Positions 55,625 to 64,000 of a stretch of DNA of 64,000 nucleotides are shown here, piece after piece. The first letter of the stretch is position 1; every line of letters begins with the position of its first letter. A program made the translations under genes and the position numbers. Origin of the DNA: Octopus sinensis (lineage: Eukaryota). Below the pieces are notes generated by a model. It was not told the origin of the DNA and made no database searches. It was given only the letters and a program-made list of their open reading frames with translations. The stretch spans positions 4,030,001 through 4,094,000 of the forward strand of contig NC_043021.1 of assembly GCF_006345805.1 (NCBI RefSeq). The letters are read 5' to 3'.

Positions 55625-56022
55625 TGGAGTGGCTGTGTGGTAAGTAGCTTGTTTACCAACCACATGGTTCCGGGTTCAGTCTCACTGTGTGGCACCTTGG
55701 GCAAGTGTCTTCTACTATAGCCACAGGCCGACCAAAGCCTTGTGAGTGGATTTGGTAGACAGAAACTGAAAGAAGCTCATTGTATATATATGTATATATA
55801 TGTGTGTGTGTTTGTGTGTCTGTGTTTGTCCCCCTAGCATTGCTTGACAATCGATGCTGGTGTGTTTATGTCCCCGTTACCTAGCGGTTTGGCAAAAGAG
55901 ACCGACAGAATAAGTACTGGTCTTACGAAAGAATAAGTGCCGGGGTCGAGTTGCTCGACTAAAAGTGGTGCTCCAGCATGGCCGCAGTCAAATGACTGAA
56001 ACAAGTAAAAGAGTAAAGAGTA
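55625..56022 (+). mobile_element. SINE family A
   Basis: Head, linker and GAGTAAA(A) tail; partial CpG decay. Confidence 0.85.
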
Positions 56023-56539
56023 TATATTTCCTATTTACGAGTAGAGGCTGAAAAGTTTGTAAGCTGACTATGAAGGAGCAATGCTAAAGCTGTGACATCT
56101 TGCATTCATGAATTTCAATGCTTCTTATTAATAACAGCATTGTTTCTTTCCAAATAAATTGACATCTGACTGATTCCTAATGCCAACAACTCTACAGAGT
56201 GCACTGGGTGTCTTTTATGTGTCACCATCACAGGTGACACAGTCATTATACATGTCGAATACATTTTAGATTATATTATCCAAAATGTGGCATCATGGTC
56301 CTATCAAGTACTTGCAGAAAAAAGGGTTAAGCCCTCAAGGACATTCATAAGTTTCAGATTTTCTTGGAAACATTGTGACCCTAAAAGTTTGCTCTTTCAT
56401 AATCTATGTAGCACTGGCATAAATACTTTTTAAGTGACACTGGCACAGGACTCTTTGCAGGCCAATCCTCTTCACCAGGAGGAGTGGCCTCAAAACTTTT
56501 GCTGGGAGGCAAAAAAAAAACAATAACAAATGCAGTAAT

Positions 56540-56703
56540 AGACGCAGGAGTGGCTGTGTGGTAAGTAGCTTGCTAACCAACCACATGGTTCTGGGTTCAG
56601 TCCCACTGCGTGGCATCTTGGGCAAGTGTCTTCTGCTATAGCCCCGGGCTGACCAATGCCTTGTGAGTGGATTTGGTAGACGGAAACTGAAAGAAACCTG
56701 TCG

Positions 56704-56735
<32 letters not shown>

Positions 56736-56935
56736 ATATATGTGTGTGTGTATATGTTTGTGTGTCTGTGTTGGTGTGTTTACGTCCCCATCACTTAGCG
56801 GTTCGGAAAAAGAGACCGATAGAATAAGTACTGGGCTTACAAAGAATAAGTCCCGGGGTCGATTTGCTCGACTAAAGGCGGTGCTCCAGCATGGCTGCAG
56901 TCGAATGACTGAAACAAGTAAAAGAGTAAAAGAGA
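56540..56935 (+). mobile_element. SINE family A with small internal deletion
   Basis: Near-consensus head and tail. Confidence 0.85.
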
Positions 56936-58584
56936 GAGAGTAATTTTCTTGGCGAATGTACCCATCTCTACACAACTGTACAATTCTTGTATATTTTTAG
57001 TAACAACAGTATTTCAGGTTTGAAAAATTATTTTTTGGGCAAGAAAACTTAAGTCAGTTCAAAATGGCCAAAATTTCAAATTTCTAACAGATGCATGTAC
57101 ACTGCAAATGGCAAGTTTTTTGCCCATTAAAGAAGTTGAACATTTTTACGTACTAACAGTTACATAATCTCTTATGTGAATTATTTCAGAATAGTTTGGT
57201 GCAACCATGTGAATAATTCTGAAGAATTTTAACAATAAGTTGGACAGAATGAGGCAAAATTCCAAATTTCTTCACTACACCAGACGCCTACAAATTTGTA
57301 GTCTTGTGCAATGTGAGAAACTGAAGTGTGTGTGTGTGTGTGTGTGAAGGAAAACCACAGAAACGGATGAAATTTGGAATCGATATTATTGTTGGCCTTA
57401 TATTACCAGTCTATGAACAAATACATCTGTCTTTCTCTGTGTGTGTGTGTGTATATATATATTTCTTTTACTTGTTTCAGCCATTTAACTGTGGCTATGA
57501 CGGATTACAGCCTTGAAGGGTTTTGGTCAAACAAATAAACCACAAGACTTTTTTTCTTTTAAAACCTAATACTTATTTTATCAGTCTCTTATGCTGAACT
57601 GCTAAGTTAAAGGGACATCAACACACCAACACTGGTTGTTAAACAGTGATGGAGAGACAAAAACAGATACAAAGACACACATTGTTGTATTGGGGTGTGG
57701 GGGAGGCGAGAGTAGGGGAAGCAAGGGTGGGGTCTAAGGGATGGGGTGGGATGGGAGGTATAGGGATAGTGGGGTTGGAATGTGTAGGGGTGGGGTAACA
57801 AGGGAGGGGGTGACAATGAAGGGAGAGGGTGGAAGGGAAGTGGGTAGGAGTGGAGAGAAGGATTAGGTGTCAGAGCAAGAGAGATGGGTGGGAGAAAGTA
57901 GGTGTGAGGAGGAGAGAGGAGGAGGTTTAAATGAAGAGGGGAGGAGAGTTGAGCCCATGGGGCACAAAGGAAACAACAACACTATTATATATTTTGAACT
58001 TTCTATTGATTCTTTTACAGGATTTAGTCAACAGACTGTGACCAAGCTGGGGCACTGCTTTGAAGGACTTTAGTTGATTAAATCAATCACAGTACTTCGT
58101 TCTTTTTCAAAAATCCGGTATAGGCGCAGGCATAGGTGTGTGGTAAGAAGCTTACTTCCCAATCACATTGTTCTGGGATCAGTCCCACTGCATGGCACAT
58201 TGGGCAAATATCTTCTGCTATAGCCTTGGGCTGACCAAAACCTTCTGAGTGGATTTAGTAGAGAGAAACTGAAAGAAGCTTGTCATATATATATATATAA
58301 TATATATCCGTGTGTGTGTGTGTGTATTTATGTGAATGTGTCTTTGTGTCTGTGTTTGTCCTCCAACCATCACTTGACAACTGATATTGGTGTTTACATC
58401 TCTGTAACTTAGTGGTTTGGCAAAAAAGACCAATAGAATAAGTACTCGGCTTAAAAAGAATAAGTCCTGATTTGTTTGACTAAAAATAAAAAGCCTTTAA
58501 GGCGATGCTCTAGCATGGCCACAGTCAAATGACAGACACAGGTAAAAGAATAGAAGATCACTTATGCTATTGATCTCTATTTAG

Positions 58585-58603
58585 CCAAACTTCGAAGTTA
58601 CTG
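58585..58603 (+). CDS. Possible 19-nt upstream exon of the unidentified gene (xQTSKLL)
   Basis: ctctatttag|ccaaac...actg|gtaatg; one reading ends in phase 0, compatible with 60534. Confidence 0.25.
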
Positions 58604-58660
58604 GTAATGACTTGTAGACAGGTGGTATTTAGTTATGCAACCATAATATAATATAAATTA

Positions 58661-58969
58661 CTAGCAGTATCGCCTGTCGTTGCTCGGGTTTGTAAGGGAA
58701 ATAACTATATAAGCAGTTTTAGAGAGTTACTTCCCTTATATAATAGCAAAAAATGCATTAAAAATGGGAAAAAATGATGGTAATTTTTTTTTAAATCGTA
58801 GACTCATTGTAGACGCACCTAATACCCAGAAGGGCTCGATATGAATCACGACTATAAGATACCCGCTTTTGGTTAAACTGCAAAACTGCACCGCAAAATG
58901 TGGGATAGTTAGGAATCTAAATCGGAGGAGACAGACACTCACACAACTTCACTTTTATATATAACTAGA
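58661..58969 (-). mobile_element. Non-autonomous Helitron (DINE/HINE-like)
   Basis: Minus strand A|TC tagttatatataaaagtgaag ... cccgagcaacgacagg..gctag|T. Confidence 0.75.
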
Positions 58970-59246
58970 TATTAAACGTTTTTATAAGCTTGATGTCCTG
59001 CATGTTTGATGTCTTGCAACAAACATCAGTGCTGGCTATAATTTCTATAGAATATCTATAAAGATAACCTTAACTACATCACTGGCACCTGACAATTGGT
59101 GCACAGAGGCATAAACCAGTTATGAAGCAGTAAGTATCATGCATAGACAACCAACACTCAATGGGCTTCTGTACAGTTTCCACCAACCAAATTTACTCAT
59201 AAGATATTGGTCAGCCGGGGGGGCTGGATAACACATCTGTCTAGGA

Positions 59247-59684
59247 CAGTGCTTTTCAACATTTTTGCTGGAGCGGAACCCCAAGGAAACATTGCACTGG
59301 CTCGAGGAAACCCTGTGCAATAATTTAATAGTCTTTTGCACACATATCTGCACAGGAGAATTAAAAATTATTGTCGATTTTAGCAGTTTTGTAACTTCTT
59401 GCGGAACCCCTGGACTGTACTGGCGGAACCCTGGTTGAAAACCACTGACATACATACATACATACATAAATAAATACATACATCAGTGCTTTTCAAACTT
59501 TTTGCTGGAGTGGAACCCCAAGGAAACATTGCACTGGCTCGAGGAAACCCTGTGCAATAATTTAATAGTCTTTTGCACACATATCTGCACAGGAGAATTT
59601 AAAATTACTGTCGATTTTAGCAGTTTTGTAACTTCTTGCGGAACCCCTGGACTGTACTGGCGGAACCCTGGTTGAAAACCACTG
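59247..59684. mobile_element. Head-to-tail dimer of the hAT MITE with one outer TSD
   Basis: Copies 59247-59447 and 59484-59684; gtctagga at 59239-59246 and 59685-59692. Confidence 0.9.
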
Positions 59685-60533
59685 GTCTAGGATACCACAT
59701 AATGAGACTGAACCCCAGACTATTTGGTCTTGAAATGGACTTATTAACCAGACGACCATACCTGTATTTGTTTGTATAAGGTTTTGGTTTTTTTTACCTT
59801 TCTTTTTTTTTTTTTTTTTTTTTTTTATTTTATTTTTTTTTTGCTTACTATAGAAATTTTTGTCTACATTTCGTTCTTTCCAAACTAAACTTGTTCTAGT
59901 GAAGGGAATTAACATATTACCAATTTTGGAAATTACATAGTCAGCTTATCCAATGGAGCATGAAAATGGAAAAATATAGTAAAAGTCACAAAAGTAGCAC
60001 TCTAACTGAGAAAATAAAAATCCGACATAGTACAGAATAATCTGTTATCAGAGTAATCCGCCCAACACCATCACACACACACACACCACACACACACAGA
60101 CAAACAAGCACGTATGCACAGGTACACACACATACACCCACGCTTATTTGTTCACTCTCTTAGCACTTTTGCTCTCATGTTGGCTTACACACACACACAC
60201 ACACACACAAACACACACAACACATAATTTTTTTCCACTATTTCAGAAGGTTGAGAAGGACAAAGTTCTTAAAATTGCTATCTCTTCTGAACAACGATAA
60301 AAGAAAAAAAAAAAAAGAAATAAATACAACGGGAAAAAAAATTATGAAGAAATAACACATACACACACCATGCAAAAAAAAAAAAGAATATAAAAAAACA
60401 AAAACAGAAAAAGAACGAAGAGGCTGCGTTAATATGTACTGGTGTGACAGAAATCAATATAAGAGCTAATGATTTTGAAGTAGAAAGAAGCAGAGATGGT
60501 AAAATAATATATAACATATAGTCATTATAACAG

Positions 60534-60570
60534 GATTGCTTGGATTTCACTGAAGAATTGTCTGTGATTG
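60534..60570 (+). CDS. Candidate internal exon, unidentified protein (DCLDFTEELSVI-g)
   Basis: ataacag|...gattg|gtaagg; only frame 0 is open; ends in phase 1. Confidence 0.5.
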
Positions 60571-60939
60571 GTAAGGAATTATAATATAAGATTGCAAACA
60601 CTTAAGGTATAAACTTGTTAAGGCTGCCAGTCTTTTAATGTATGGTTCCACTACCTCCAGTGACATTTGAAAGAGTTGAGATTCAGGCCCACATACATAC
60701 AAAAAGAATAAAAGCTTAGACACTGAACAAGTCCAAAGTATCCTTCTGTCACCGTTTTGCCATAATCAACTGTCTTCTGTTACTTTAAAGAAGAAACATA
60801 CCCAGACTGACATTCTTGCTGATAAAGCGTACATCATATTTCTAGGTCGTCACTGAAATTTTGAATGTATAGAAATTTGGAAGCGGTAGAATGGAAAACC
60901 TAGAATAAGAAACTACTGCATATGGATAAAAGAAAATGC

Positions 60940-61281
60940 CGTAGTCAGTACCGCATCGACTGGCCTCTGTGCTGGTGGCACGTAACAAACACCATCCGAT
61001 CGTGGCCATGCCAGCCTCGCCTGGCCTCCGTGCCGGTGGCATGTAAAAAGCACCATCCGAGTGTGGCTGTTCACCAGCGTCGTCTGGCACCTGTGCCGGT
61101 GGCACATAAAAAGCACCCACTACACTCACGGAGTGGTCGGCGTTAGGAAGGGCATCCAGCCGTAGAAACACTGCCAGATCTGACTGGCCTGGTGCAGCCT
61201 TCGGGCTTTCCAGATCCCAGTTGAACCGTCCTACCCATGCTAGCATAGAAAGTGGATGTTAAACGATGATGATGATGATGA
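60940..61281 (+). mobile_element. Family D element in the putative intron
   Basis: Three internal units and (GAT)n tail. Confidence 0.85.
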
Positions 61282-61317
61282 TACAGAATGAAAAAATCCA
61301 CAATAAGTATTACATAG

Positions 61318-61355
61318 GGTTACAATTTGGAGCAGGTGCCTGGTTTAACCTACAG
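61318..61355 (+). CDS. Candidate internal exon (G-LQFGAGAWFNLQ)
   Basis: tacatag|gg...ctacag|gtaaca; phase 1 to phase 0, fits both neighbours. Confidence 0.55.
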
Positions 61356-61546
61356 GTAACAATATTTTTCATGCTGGGGCAGCAGCTGTATGAAACTTTC
61401 ACTGAACCTCTATTAAAAAGTTTCTTATACCTATGGCTACCAGGGAAATGCTTATATAGCAAGGCAAGGAATGTTCTACCTATGTTACTCTTAACAGTCC
61501 AAGAGAAAGGTGGGGGCCATATCATCTTATTAGATTTATTTTTCAG

Positions 61547-61597
61547 GCTTCATACTTTTATGATAAGAGTGTAAGGTATACTCCTATTGAAGCCATT
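61547..61597 (+). CDS. Candidate internal exon (ASYFYDKSVRYTPIEAI)
   Basis: tttatttttcag|...gccatt|gtaagt; 51 nt, open, phase 0 to 0. Confidence 0.6.
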
Positions 61598-61627
61598 GTA
61601 AGTACCCTACTATTAGATATCCTTAGT

Positions 61628-61925
61628 GGAGGCACATGGCCTAGTGGTTAGAGCAGCGGACTTGCGGTCGAAGGATCGCGGGTTCGAATCTCAGACCAGG
61701 CGATGTGTGTGTTTATGAGTGAAACATCTAAGCTCCACGTGGCTCTGGCAGAAGGTAATGGCGAACTTCTGCTGACTCTTTCGCCATAACTTCCTCTCAC
61801 TCTTTTCTCCTGCATCTAGCAGCTCACCTGCGACGGACCGGCATCCCGTCCAAGCAGGAACCTATACGCCAATGAAACCGGCCCTTATGAGCCAAGCATG
61901 GCTCAAGAAGGAACAAACAAAAAAC
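61628..61925 (+). mobile_element. SINE with C-like head and V-domain-like 3' part
   Basis: ggaggcacatggcctagtggttagagcagcggac head; cctgcgacggaccggcatcccgtcc resembles the V domain (from memory). Confidence 0.65.
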
Positions 61926-61969
61926 AAAACATGTCCTATTGCTGATACTAAGATTTTTAAACACTATAG

Positions 61970-61995
61970 TGGAATGACAAGACTTATGTATTCAT
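61970..61995 (+). CDS. Possible next exon (WNDKTYVF-at)
   Basis: tttttaaacactatag|tgg...ttcat|gtgagc; phase 0 start fits 61597. Confidence 0.35.
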
Positions 61996-62159
61996 GTGAG
62001 CTTTCCATTAAGTTTATGGTAGGGCATAAAAGAGCACAGTGCTGGGATACGTATGTGTGTATGTCACTGTGTCATTGCCTTGACATCATGTGATGGTTGT
62101 ATTACCCACATGCAAGCAGTGTCCTCCATTTCCACATTTCCAAAAAAAAAAAAAAAATG

Positions 62160-62545
62160 TATGGCGCAGGAGTGGCTGTGAGGTAAGTAGCTTGCTAACC
62201 AACCACATGGTTCCGGGTTCAGTCCCACTGCGTGGCATCTTGGACAAGTGTCTTCTGCTATAGCCCCGGGCTGACTAATGCCTTGTGAGTGGATTTGGTG
62301 GACGGAAACTGAAAGAAGCCTGTCGTATATATATGTGTGTGTTTGTGTGTCTGTGTTTGTCCCCCTAGCATTGCTTGACAACCGATGCTGGTGTGTTTAC
62401 GTCCCCATCACTTAGCGGTTCGGCAAAAGAGACCGATAGAATAAGTACTGGGCTTACAAAAGAATAAGTCCCGGGGTCGATTTGCTCGACTAAAGGCGGT
62501 GCTCCAGCATGGCCACAGTCAAATTACTGAAACAAGTAAAAGAGA
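62160..62545 (+). mobile_element. Young full-length SINE family A
   Basis: ggcgcaggagtggctgtg head through gactaaaggcggtgctccagc..gtaaaagagag tail. Confidence 0.9.
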
Positions 62546-64000
62546 GTATGGTTGTAGGGGGAAATATTACCCTACTTGGAAACGAGTGAAAGATGGCAAC
62601 AGGAAAGATATCTTGCTGTAAAATATCTGCTCCAACAAAATAATATAGCATAGCATGCATAGAGAGACAGATGGATATATACATATATGATTAGCTGAAG
62701 TAAGTAATTTCGCTATGCTCAGAACAATATGATACAGAGCAGCAAGCATTGGTGATATGGTAAATTGTATTCTTCTCATGTTTCAAATAAACATCTACAG
62801 TTTCAACAATAACAGAAAAACGATTCCTTCATTCTTGCCTATGAAGAAGACTTTCCAAGAAGTGTCTCAATGTCATGATGGAAATATGGAAATGATGAAA
62901 ACGTAGAGTACTGCTTGTAATTAAGAATCGGTTTTCTGTGACGGACAAGCTAAAATATATAAAAATTGCAGACACAGAACAGTTTGTCTGCTCCAATATG
63001 AGGTCAGCCATTGACTTAACTATTTGATGGCTGGGTTTAAAAAAAATTTTTTTTATTAACCCTTTATATGCTGCACAATATGGCAGTATTGCATAGCGAC
63101 TGGTGAACTAATTAATTTTACTGCCATTGCACAGCATGTGGTCAAATATATTCAATTTGTGTGTGCATACCACGTAAAAAACCCCCCAAAAAACATGCTT
63201 TTTACACACATATACAATATCCGACATACATTCATATTACAAGTACAATATCTTGATAAATACCAGAATATTGAAACAAAACAAAAATGTGATCATTTTT
63301 TTTTTAATTTACTAAACTAAAGATATGACATAAGTTTTATACAGCTATTAATTTTTTCTTTAATTATATTTTGTGCAAATAAGAATATAATCATAATGTA
63401 CAGCCCCTTAGATAATTCCCAACACTATACTACATAGTCATCAAGATAAACAAGAGGGTCTCTGTGATATTGTTAGATATTATATAAACGGCTGTTAAAT
63501 CCCCTTAAATCATTCCTATTGCCTAAAAAAAAAAACACATTGAGGGGTAAGATGTACTGAACAGTATGATCCTAGATGTAAAAAAAAATGCTGGGAAGGT
63601 TATGGATGGAGAGCCTTATTGATGGTTTGCTCAATCAGGGCTGAACTAGAGCTAAACAACAACAATAAACTTTATCCATGTTGCAATTCTTTCCTGTGAG
63701 GTTCTAATTACAGGCCTTAAGTGCTGGAGCTGTGACCACTCAATGCAGAGAAGTTATTTAGGGTCAACCAAACGAACCTCTTACTGATGAAATCAGTTAT
63801 CATCATTGTTTTTATGCCACTTTTTCCATACTACAACAGGCAGGACATAGCTGAGTGGAGGCTATCTACACTGGTGGCCCAGAGGCTATGAGTATAAAAA
63901 TCTGTGGAAGGTATTTTGTCATATTTTGTCATCCTTTTAATATTGGTTTCAAATTTTGCTACAAGGTCAGCAATTTGGGATAGGGGGTAAGTCAATTACA

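Noticed and set aside
62691-62950. Further exon candidates (EQYDTEQQALVIW, KNDSFILAYEEDFPR) and a TGA-readthrough idea
   Set aside because: Phases do not join cleanly to the 61970 exon and no SECIS or homology supports readthrough
63714-63787. Ly6/uPAR-like start G-LKCWSCDHS after a phase 1 acceptor
   Set aside because: No further cysteines or good donor before the stop; likely chance

Overview
Eukaryotic, AT-rich, microsatellite-saturated DNA that looks like an octopus/cephalopod genome (inferred from the SINE repertoire and the (TA)n/(CA)n/(TAA)n/(GATA)n load; not database-confirmed). Nearly all ORFs in the supplied track are microsatellite or SINE artefacts. The window is mostly mobile-element DNA: at least four tRNA-headed SINE families (my labels A, B, C/C2, E), an RTE-tail-like family ending in (GAT)n (D), R4/Dong fragments in (TAA)n, RTE, L1/Tx1, CRE-like and Penelope-like remnants, a decayed full-length mariner, a maT-like transposase fragment, hAT and mariner MITEs, mini-Helitrons and a broken Gypsy integrase. 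No intact long ORF is present. From about 33 kb onward unique DNA and older repeats show CpG-to-TpG/CpA decay, suggesting a methylated gene body, and a phase-consistent chain of small plus-strand exons at 60.5-62 kb encodes a peptide I cannot name. Best leads: (1) a SINE-B subfamily whose target duplications start with GGTA and that nests in itself and in other tRNA-like heads; (2) dispersed minimal hammerhead-like motifs with non-canonical cores and covarying helix I; (3) several long fold-back structures in the putative gene body.
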